A stretch of DNA of 32,000 nucleotides from Synechocystis sp. PCC 6803 substr. PCC-P (GTDB lineage Bacteria; Cyanobacteriota; Cyanobacteriia; Cyanobacteriales; Microcystaceae), in assembly GCF_000284455.1 (NCBI RefSeq), contig NC_017039.1, forward strand, positions 1,860,001-1,892,000, given 5' to 3'. Below are positions 1 to 7,687 of the stretch, in pieces. How positions within the stretch are numbered: the first letter of the stretch is position 1; the number at the start of each line of letters is the position of its first letter. The notes beneath the pieces were generated by a model, which had not been told where the DNA came from, did not search any database, and saw only the letters and a program-made list of their open reading frames with translations. A program made the translations under genes and the position numbers.

Positions 1-1
1 C

Positions 2-400
2 CAATGGCCACCGGGGCAACGCCTATCATCGATGATGGCCCCCACTATACTTTTAGACCAGGAACAACCCCGGCTAGTTTTGGGGTCAGGGGGATCAAAT
101 CGCATTCGTAGTGCCATTTTGCAGGTGGTCTGTCATCACCTAGATTACCAATTACCCTTAGCCGAAGCGGTGGGGCGGGAACGTATTCATTGGGAGGCCC
201 ATAAATTAGATTTGGAGCCAACCTCTGTAGCTGATATTCTGGCCCAGTTGCGATTTGACGACGGCACCCAGGGTACCCTTTGGACGGAACAAAATATGTT
301 TTTTGGGGGAGTTCATGGGGTTGCCACCACCACTGCGGGGACCATGGAAGGGGTTGGAGATCCCCGGCGATCGGGGGCCGTGGCCTACAGTCTGGAATAA
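2..400 (+). CDS. ggt: gamma-glutamyltransferase, C-terminal fragment (5' end lies outside the window)
   Basis: The reading frame is open from the window edge. The translation ...[15 protein letters not shown]...FFGGVHGV... matches the conserved small-subunit region of GGT. Stop is TAA at 398-400. Confidence 0.8.
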
Positions 401-496
401 CATTGGTTACAATTCTTAGGGCAATGCGGTAAGTTATTTAGCGAACAGCGTTTCCCCTTTTTGCGATTACGGCTGAGTTGTCTGGTCACATTCCCA

Positions 497-2077
497 ATGA
501 AATCAATCCATCCGCTCAAATTTTGGTCTTCTTCCACTCTGTTGTTGCTACTCAGCACCAGCGTCGGTGTCTTTTTGCCCGGCTTCAGTGGCGGCCAGGG
601 GGCGATCGCCGTGGCCCAAAGTGTTTCTCCTCCGGACAATGCACCATCGGCAGAAACAGGAAATAATGCTGATGACAGTGGGTTTCCTCTTCCCCAATTA
701 CCGGACACAGCGCCCAACGAGCGCTTAAATCCCTCCGGTAACCCCCTCATGTTTCCCACCAAGCCCGACGAGGTGGACACCACAGTTCGGCAAGCTATTA
801 CTTTGGACGAAGCCATTGATCTGGCCCTGAGAAATAATGAACAACTCCAGCAGGCCAAGCTATCCCTAGAGCAACAGGAAGCTGGTTTAATGGCGGCAAG
901 GGCGGCCCTTTTCCCTAGCCTGGACACGGATTTTACCTTTAGTCGGGATAGTAGTGCGGCGGCCGAAGCCACCAATGCCCTCATTGCCAACCAGAATCAA
1001 ACCACTACCGTCAACCCAGAACTGCGTTCGGAAACTAGCACCAATGCAGTGGGTAACATCAACCTGACCTATAGTATTTATGCCGGGGGGGAAAGGAGCG
1101 CCCAAATTGCCAAAGCCGAGCAGTTGGTGCAAAACAGTCGCCTCCAGGTGGAAGTGGTGGCAGAACAAACCCGCTTTGAAGCCACAGATCGTTACTATGC
1201 TCTCCAGGGGGCCGATGCCCAGGTGGCGATCGCCCAAGCCTCCGTGGAAGATGCTTCCCAGAGTTTGCGGGATGCCCGTTTGTTAGAACAGGCCGGGTTG
1301 GGCACCCGCTTTGACGTGTTACGGGCGGAAGGAGATTTGGCCACCGCCAACGAAGCTTTAACCAGGTCGATCGCCGATCAACGCAATGCCCGCCGCCGTC
1401 TGGCCCAATTGTTGAGCGTGGGGCAACGGGTGGAATTAACCGCCGCCGATGAAATTGTGGAAGCCGGGGATTGGAGCTTACCCCTGGATGAAAGCATTGT
1501 TCAAGCCTATAAAAACCGGGCTGAACTGGAGCAACAATTGGTGCAAATTGAAGTGAGCGAACAGGACCGCTACATTGCCCTGGCAGCCATTAAACCCAGG
1601 GTGGATTTTCTGGCCAATTACACCTACCAAAATAATTTTGATAGCAGTGCCGGGTTAGTGGATGGTTATGCCTTTGCCGCTCGAGTACGGTGGAACTTTT
1701 TTGACGGGGGCCGGGCCTTTGCCGAAGCTCGCCGGGCTGATCGCCAGATGGACATTGCTAAAACTGCTTTTTCTGAGCAAAGAAACCAAATTCGTTTGGA
1801 AGTAGAGGAATCCTACTACACCCTAATTTCCAACAAGGAAAATATTGGCAGTACCCGCACCAACGTCATTCGTTTTGAAGAAGCCCTCCGTTTAGCTCGA
1901 CTACGGTTCCAGGCTGGGGTAGGCACCCAAACGGACGTTATTAACGCCCAGCGGGACTTAGCCAACGCCCGGGGAAGGTTCCTACAGGCGATTATTGGCT
2001 ATAACCAATCATTGAACCAACTACAACGCTCCATCAGTAATTTGCCCAACAATCATTTGTTTGATATTCAGCCTTAA
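497..2077 (+). CDS. tolC: TolC-like outer membrane efflux/secretion factor (OEP family)
   Basis: The ORF track starts at TTG 461. ATG 497 gives an N-terminal signal peptide (MKSIHPLKFWSSSTLLLLLSTSVG...). The two-fold repeated OEP architecture has typical motifs (LTLDEAIDLALRNN, RFDVLRAEGDLA, GTQTDVINAQRDL). Confidence 0.85.
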   Translation: MKSIHPLKFWSSSTLLLLLSTSVGVFLPGFSGGQGAIAVAQSVSPPDNAPSAETGNNADDSGFPLPQLPDTAPNERLNPSGNPLMFPTKPDEVDTTVRQAITLDEAIDLALRNNEQLQQAKLSLEQQEAGLMAARAALFPSLDTDFTFSRDSSAAAEATNALIANQNQTTTVNPELRSETSTNAVGNINLTYSIYAGGERSAQIAKAEQLVQNSRLQVEVVAEQTRFEATDRYYALQGADAQVAIAQASVEDASQSLRDARLLEQAGLGTRFDVLRAEGDLATANEALTRSIADQRNARRRLAQLLSVGQRVELTAADEIVEAGDWSLPLDESIVQAYKNRAELEQQLVQIEVSEQDRYIALAAIKPRVDFLANYTYQNNFDSSAGLVDGYAFAARVRWNFFDGGRAFAEARRADRQMDIAKTAFSEQRNQIRLEVEESYYTLISNKENIGSTRTNVIRFEEALRLARLRFQAGVGTQTDVINAQRDLANARGRFLQAIIGYNQSLNQLQRSISNLPNNHLFDIQP

Positions 2078-2274
2078 ACGCTGTCTGAGACGATGGGATG
2101 ATGGGTGGTTAAAGGTGCTGATCAAAGTTTCCTTGAGAAATTGGCGATTCTTCCCTCGTATCCTTGTCACTTAAACTCCGGCAATTCTGGGAGAATACTA
2201 GACTGAGTCCCATCCCTCTGGACAATGCGGAGGGAAATGATTAAGGCACTTCTTCACTTCAATTTATTTTCCCT

Positions 2275-3015
2275 ATGGTCACCAACTTTGCTGAGCCAAG
2301 CTTGCCAACAGCCTCGGTTTTTGGGGTGAAGGTGCACCTTTCTGATAACTATGGTCATTGGCTAGAAAATTGTCTGCAAAGGGGTCAGGGAGTCCACGTG
2401 GTCACCCTCAACTCGGAAATGGTGATGCTGGCCGAGAAGGAACCAGCGGTGCAAGAAGTGATCCAAGGGGCAGAATTGGTCATTCCCGATGGAGCAGGGG
2501 TAACCATTTATCTAAAATTGGAAGGCATCGAGCAAAGCCGTTGCCCTGGCATTGAACTAGCGGAGGCCATGGTGCGTCACATTGGCGAAGGTAAGGATAA
2601 TCAGCCCATTGCCTTTTATGGAGGAGCACCGGGTATCACTGAACTAGCAGCCCAGCGTTGGCAGCGGGAATATCCAGGATTAAAAATTTTGGCTAACCAT
2701 GGTTTTTTAACCGAATCGGAGCAGGACGCTTGGCAACAAACTCTGGCCCGGGAACGACCCTGTCTAATTTTGGTCGGTTTAGGAGTTCCCCGGCAGGAGT
2801 ATTGGATTCGGGACCATCGTCATCTTTGTCCCCAGGGCATTTGGATTGGGGTGGGGGGCAGTTTTGACGTGTGGTCCGGCACGAAACAGAGGGCACCGGA
2901 ATTTTTCTGTCGCTACAACCTGGAGTGGTTTTATCGGCTATACCAAGAACCTTGGCGCTGGCGGCGGATGTTGGCCCTGCCCAAATTTTTCTTCCGTACT
3001 CTGGTGAGCCGTTGA
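2275..3015 (+). CDS. WecB/TagA/CpsF-family glycosyltransferase (N-acetylmannosaminyltransferase-like)
   Basis: 246 aa. Family-typical segments are VVTLNSEMV, IPDGAGV, LVGLGVPRQEYW, GVGGSFDVWSG and the C-terminal LEWFYRLYQEPWRWRRM. Confidence 0.8.
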   Translation: MVTNFAEPSLPTASVFGVKVHLSDNYGHWLENCLQRGQGVHVVTLNSEMVMLAEKEPAVQEVIQGAELVIPDGAGVTIYLKLEGIEQSRCPGIELAEAMVRHIGEGKDNQPIAFYGGAPGITELAAQRWQREYPGLKILANHGFLTESEQDAWQQTLARERPCLILVGLGVPRQEYWIRDHRHLCPQGIWIGVGGSFDVWSGTKQRAPEFFCRYNLEWFYRLYQEPWRWRRMLALPKFFFRTLVSR

Positions 3016-3266
3016 TAATTCTTCAAACAAAATTGGCCCTTTATGCAGTGGAAATGTTCCAGGGGTTAATAATCGGGGGAAATTGTGGATAAAGGTTACG
3101 GCTGGGGGAAATTGGGTTACATTTATTAGGTATCGCCGTCTAAATTGGTGTTGATTGGCAGGCGATCGCCCACACCTCCGGTTACGCTGACGACATATTA
3201 AATTTTATTAACTTTTGCGGCTTATTTTCCAGTCCGTTGGTCATTTTGGTTGAGGAGTGTTCTGTA

Positions 3267-4031
3267 ATGATTAACCGATCGATGAAATCTTGTTTGTTAG
3301 CGGCCCTGGGGGGATTGCTACTAGGGGGGATGACTCCTCCGGCGATCGCCGACCCCGTCAGTCTTGTCCCTGGTATGCCTGCCCCGGCCCCAGATAAGGA
3401 AACAGCCCAAGCTAACTATGACCGGAGTTACCAAGCCTATACAGAGCTATTGGGGCAAGTCACCAGCATTAACCAGTTCCGGGATGTTTCCCCCAACAAC
3501 TGGGCCTACGAAGCATTACGAAATTTAGTGGATAACTACGGCTGCATTGTCGGTTATCCTGACCGCACTTTCCGGGGCGATCGGGCTTTAACCCGGAACG
3601 AATTTGCCGCAGGTTTGAGTGCCTGCCTCACCCAGTTGGAGGCCAGGATGTTAGCCTCTCGGCAACAATTGGGGCAGTTTATGGAAGAGAAAGAAACTTC
3701 CGTCGCCGCTGGAGATACTCTGGAGAATGTTTTCACCCGAGCTTCCTACAATGCCACGGGGCGTTTTTACGACCTCACCAGTATTTCTGGCCAAGCTAAC
3801 AAAATTTTTGGTTGGCGTAGTTGGCCCGGTTCCTACTTTGACAACATGATTGCCGAAGATGCCGCTGTGGTGGAAGCCGTTTACCAAGATGCTTTGGAGC
3901 AACAAACCAGGGGGACCGTCATCCATACCAGGGATTTACCTGATCCTTTCAACCAATCCCTGTTGGAAGATTGGTCTCGTTACACCCGTTTTGGCAATCC
4001 CACTCTGCCCCCCACTGCCCCAGGTTTTTAA
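3267..4031 (+). CDS. short SLH-domain periplasmic protein (SLH domain plus coiled coil, no porin barrel)
   Basis: ATG 3267 lies 9 nt after GAGGAG (3252-3257); the track start at 3237 is TTG. It has a signal peptide and an SLH motif (FRDVSPNNWAYEALRNLVDNYGCIVGYPDRTFRGDRALTRNEFA). At 254 aa it is too short for the beta-barrel of typical cyanobacterial SLH-porins. Confidence 0.75.
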   Translation: MINRSMKSCLLAALGGLLLGGMTPPAIADPVSLVPGMPAPAPDKETAQANYDRSYQAYTELLGQVTSINQFRDVSPNNWAYEALRNLVDNYGCIVGYPDRTFRGDRALTRNEFAAGLSACLTQLEARMLASRQQLGQFMEEKETSVAAGDTLENVFTRASYNATGRFYDLTSISGQANKIFGWRSWPGSYFDNMIAEDAAVVEAVYQDALEQQTRGTVIHTRDLPDPFNQSLLEDWSRYTRFGNPTLPPTAPGF

Positions 4032-4060
4032 GGCCCTAACGCTCGTTTCCCTTTGAATCT

Positions 4061-4501
4061 ATGTTTTTAACTGCTCTGCGGTCTTTCCTTCTTTTTCTGG
4101 CGGTAACCTGTCTGTCCCTGGCGATCGCCATGCCCGCCTGGGCTCTAACGGAGGTGCCCCTGACAGAAATTGACTATAAACCCTGTCCAGCAGACTTAGC
4201 GGAAGGCAATGTGGGCAGTGGTTCGAGCAGCCCGGCTAACTGTTTTTTGGTAACCGGCATTGCCAACAATCGGACGGGGAAAACAGTGTATGATGCCGAT
4301 GTTTTTGGACGCATTTACGATGCTAACCACGAACCAGCCATGCAAAACCGGACTCGCTTGGGTAACATTGCCGAAATTCCTCCTGGAAAAAGCGATTTTG
4401 AGGTGCGCATCAGTGTACCCGCCCAGCAACCTCTACCTTTGCAGTTGGAGCAGTTTAAAGCCTCGGGTTTTTCCGCTAAAATCCGTGGCCAGGCACTGTA
4501 A
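4061..4501 (+). CDS. hypothetical secreted protein (signal peptide ...AMPAWA, two Cys)
   Basis: 146-aa ORF with an ATG start and a clear N-terminal signal sequence. Codon usage matches its neighbours. I recognise no domain. Confidence 0.6.
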   Translation: MFLTALRSFLLFLAVTCLSLAIAMPAWALTEVPLTEIDYKPCPADLAEGNVGSGSSSPANCFLVTGIANNRTGKTVYDADVFGRIYDANHEPAMQNRTRLGNIAEIPPGKSDFEVRISVPAQQPLPLQLEQFKASGFSAKIRGQAL

Positions 4502-4576
4502 GCTTTGTTGATTGCCCTCCGACTGGATTACAGTAAGGTTTCAGTTGAAGCTTAGTTAACACTTTGTTGCTTATTG

Positions 4577-4604
4577 TTGACAGTGTGCGCCAGAACCCTA
4601 CCAT
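4577..4604 (+). promoter_or_regulatory. candidate sigma70-type promoter upstream of pilM (TTGACA-N16-TACCAT)
   Basis: TTGACA at 4577-4582, a 16-nt spacer, and TACCAT at 4599-4604, about 80 nt upstream of the pilM ATG. This is a motif match only. Confidence 0.25.
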
Positions 4605-4685
4605 TGACTGATAGATATTCTCTCCCTCCCATCCTTACTCCTTAATAATTTTGTCTTATTATCGCCAGCGATTACCGCAACCCCC

Positions 4686-5789
4686 ATGTTTAGCCGTTTT
4701 ACCAGCTTATTTGGCCGTAAATCCTCCGGGGTAGGGCTAGAAATTACCCCAGAAAGGGTTAACGTCGCCCAACTTACTTCCCAGGGTCAGAGTTATAAAC
4801 TAAGGAAATTTGGACACGCATCCATTCCGGAGGGAATTTTCGAGGAAGGAAAGATCGTTGATTCTCCGGCCCTAGCGGAAATTATTCAGGAACTGCTGAG
4901 CGAGAATGGCATTAACACCAAGCAGGTGGCAACAGCGGTACCCATGCGGGAAGCGATCATCCGTATGCTGCCGGTGCCGGCGGAGTTGGACGAAAATGAG
5001 TTGCGCGACATGGTGCTAAATCACGAAGCTGCCCTGTATCTACCCTATCCCAGGGAAGAAGTGGATTTGGATTACCAAAAGCTGGGCTTGTTTGAAGATG
5101 AGGATGGCATTGAGAAAGTGCAAGTGTTGTTAGTGGCTACCCGGCGGGAGGTAACCGATTCCTATCTGGACACTTTTCAACAGGCAGGGCTCCAGGTGGA
5201 CGTGCTAGAAATTAATAGTTTTGCGTTGATTAGAACCATTCGGGAACAGTTGCGGCAGTTTGGTTCCCGGGAAGCGGCGGTGCTGGTTGATATTGAGTTC
5301 GATAGCACGGAAATTGCCATCATTGTCGATGGAGTACCCCAGTTTTCCCGCACAGTGCCCATTGGTACTTACCAAATGCAAAATGCCCTTTCCCGGGCAA
5401 TGAATTTGCCCCCTTCCCGCAATCCAGAAATTTTGCAGGGCATGACCATTCCCGTCACCCAGTTTGACACCATGAGCACCCAAGGCACAGCGGTTAATCC
5501 TGGGATGAATGCTCTGATGCGTGTGATGGGGGAACTAACCGACGAGTTGCGACGGTCCATTAACTTCTACCTCAACCAGAGTGAGGAATTGGAACTAGTG
5601 CAGTTACTCTTGGCCGGCCCTGGTGGTGGCCTGATTCAGTTGGATGAGTATTTCACCCAACGTTTGAGTATTCCCACCGTCAAAATTGATCCCTTTGAAG
5701 CTCTGGCGATCGACACGGATCAGAATTTTTCTGACATAGAGCGACCCAGTTTGGCCACGGTTTTGGGTTTAGGTATCCGGGAAGCCTAG
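4686..5789 (+). CDS. pilM: type IV pilus assembly protein PilM (actin-like ATPase fold)
   Basis: 367 aa with a PilM-typical N-terminus (GLEITPERVNVAQL). It is the first gene of a pilMNOQ cluster. Confidence 0.9.
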   Translation: MFSRFTSLFGRKSSGVGLEITPERVNVAQLTSQGQSYKLRKFGHASIPEGIFEEGKIVDSPALAEIIQELLSENGINTKQVATAVPMREAIIRMLPVPAELDENELRDMVLNHEAALYLPYPREEVDLDYQKLGLFEDEDGIEKVQVLLVATRREVTDSYLDTFQQAGLQVDVLEINSFALIRTIREQLRQFGSREAAVLVDIEFDSTEIAIIVDGVPQFSRTVPIGTYQMQNALSRAMNLPPSRNPEILQGMTIPVTQFDTMSTQGTAVNPGMNALMRVMGELTDELRRSINFYLNQSEELELVQLLLAGPGGGLIQLDEYFTQRLSIPTVKIDPFEALAIDTDQNFSDIERPSLATVLGLGIREA

Positions 5790-5870
5790 CGGCTTGGTTT
5801 GTTCACCTTGCCCACACCTATTGCTTCACTCCTCTCCTTGTCCGATGCCATACTCCACTGAAACCATCCC

Positions 5871-6725
5871 ATGTATAGCCTAGATGTAAATTTTCTCAAG
5901 GATCGTAACTCTGACGTTGTTCGGTCGACCCAAACTACCACTATCACCCTAACGGGGGACGATCTACAGAAGCAAATGCCGCTTTATATTGGGGCGGGGG
6001 TGATGGTACTTTTGCCTGCTTTGGCGGGGTTGGGAGTACTGCTAATCAATTGGCAAAAGGGTGTTGCTCAAACCAATATCCAACAATTGGAAACGGAGTT
6101 ATCCCAGCTACAGGGGGAACAGCAAAAAATCCAGGAAGTTGAGGCAAAAACGGCGGCGGCTCACCAAGAAGCAGATGGGCTAATTGGCGTTTTTAATCAA
6201 ATTAAACCTTGGTCAGCCCTGTTTCAGGAGATAACTAATCAGTTGCCCCAGGAAGTGCAACTCCAAAGTATCCAGCAGGAAGGAAATGTAATCACTCTTT
6301 CCGGTTTTGCTGGCAACTATGGCTCCCTCAATGATTTTCTGCTGACTTTGCAAAGCTCGAAGTTTTTGCAGGCTAATAAAACTAAGCTGATGACAGCCAA
6401 CGCGGCAGCCCTACCTATTACGGGGGAAGGGGCAACGGCAGAAACCGGGGGCACAGAGGAGCCAAGTGCAGATCAAGCTGCTTCTGGTGTTGTCATTCCA
6501 GCGGGAGTGAGTTATACCATCCAAACGGAAATTACCAATACCCCCGATAAGGAATTGATAACGGCATTGATCGCCAATGGGGCAGCCGGTTTAGTGGCTC
6601 GTTTCAAGTTTCTGGAACTGAAGGGCGTCTTGGATCGACCTGCGGGAATACCGGAGGTTGCGCCTATTTTGGAGCCACCGGCGGAGGGAGCTCCTGGAGC
6701 AGAAACCCCACCAGCTAATAATTGA
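5871..6725 (+). CDS. pilN: type IV pilus assembly protein PilN, with a Pro/Ala/Glu-rich C-terminal extension
   Basis: N-terminal LDVNFLKDR (INLL-like motif), a single TM helix and a coiled coil. It sits between pilM and pilO. Confidence 0.85.
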   Translation: MYSLDVNFLKDRNSDVVRSTQTTTITLTGDDLQKQMPLYIGAGVMVLLPALAGLGVLLINWQKGVAQTNIQQLETELSQLQGEQQKIQEVEAKTAAAHQEADGLIGVFNQIKPWSALFQEITNQLPQEVQLQSIQQEGNVITLSGFAGNYGSLNDFLLTLQSSKFLQANKTKLMTANAAALPITGEGATAETGGTEEPSADQAASGVVIPAGVSYTIQTEITNTPDKELITALIANGAAGLVARFKFLELKGVLDRPAGIPEVAPILEPPAEGAPGAETPPANN

Positions 6726-6764
6726 TGATCCCTAGCCACCGAACTTTGTTTTTAGAGGAGTGCC

Positions 6765-7592
6765 ATGACCAGCTACAGCGAAGAGTATTCATCAACGACA
6801 ACAATTATTGATGAGGAATTTGATGCGGGAGGAAATTATCCAACTGCATTTGGGATAACCTTCACCCCCCAGGTAAGTGGCATTAGTTTAGGTATTCTTG
6901 GCTTGCTGGCCATGGGTTATGTTCTGCTCAATTTTGTCATGCCAGCTTTGGGAGAATATCAACAACTAAGACAGGACGAAGAAGCTAAACAAGCTCAAGT
7001 GGATCAGCAGTCCCCGGAAGTGTTGATGCGTCGGCTAGCCAATGCGGAGGTGCAGTTACAGGAAGCTCAACAGCGTAAAGCGACAGTGTTGGAACTCTAC
7101 GCCAATAGCGAGGACTTGAACACAATCCTCTATAACTTCAATACTCTATTCGTAAATAGAAACGTGAAGTTAGTCAGCTTTTTGCCCCAGGGAGATCCGG
7201 TGGTAATCTCCGATGATAGTCTGGGGGCAAACGCAAAAAATCAGCTTAAACGACAAACTTATACCATTTCCATGACGGGCGGTTTTAGTGAAACCCTGGC
7301 ATTAATTCGGGATATTGAACGGCTGCAACCGTTAATTTTGATGAAAAATTTGCGGACTAGCTTGGTTAATCCAGAATTTCCAGTCAATGTGGTTAGGGAT
7401 GGTGACACTGTACAAGTGCAAACTGATGCGCCAGATATCCTAACTACGGATTTAACGTTGGAGGTGTTTATGCCATTAACCCCTGAGGAGATTGCCGCCC
7501 TGACTCCTCCCCCGCCGCCGCCTGGACAGGAGGGTCAACCACCGGCTGAGGGACAACCTCCAGCGGAAGGACAAGCGGCCCCGGCCCCCTAA
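6765..7592 (+). CDS. pilO: type IV pilus assembly protein PilO, with a proline-rich C-terminal tail
   Basis: One TM helix, a coiled coil (QQLRQDEEAKQAQVDQQ) and a PilO-like core. Position in the operon supports the call. Confidence 0.8.
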   Translation: MTSYSEEYSSTTTIIDEEFDAGGNYPTAFGITFTPQVSGISLGILGLLAMGYVLLNFVMPALGEYQQLRQDEEAKQAQVDQQSPEVLMRRLANAEVQLQEAQQRKATVLELYANSEDLNTILYNFNTLFVNRNVKLVSFLPQGDPVVISDDSLGANAKNQLKRQTYTISMTGGFSETLALIRDIERLQPLILMKNLRTSLVNPEFPVNVVRDGDTVQVQTDAPDILTTDLTLEVFMPLTPEEIAALTPPPPPPGQEGQPPAEGQPPAEGQAAPAP

Positions 7593-7687
7593 AGGGTAAT
7601 TTTGCTGGTAGATTATCGCTAACGGTCTTACGATTTTTGAATAATTATTCAATAATTGATTTTAATTGGTGTGTGAGGAGCAATTCT

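Noticed and set aside
461-496. N-terminal extensions in the ORF track that start at TTG or GTG (tolC 461, SLH 3237, pilQ 7637, thrC 13883, ndhC 14094, GGDEF 18779, crp 19733, 23755, perM 27305, 31528).
   Set aside because: In each case a downstream ATG or GTG gives a better SD, a proper signal peptide, or the canonical protein N-terminus. The extensions have no homology-like sequence.
385-990. 201-aa minus-strand ORF overlapping the ggt end and the tolC start. Similar antisense ORFs lie inside genes, e.g. 887-1237, 8861-9160, 14702-15187, 21940-22272 and 29091-29453.
   Set aside because: These are shadow ORFs opposite well-supported genes. Their translations are low-complexity or Arg/Ser/Pro-rich with no recognisable motifs, and there are no independent start signals.
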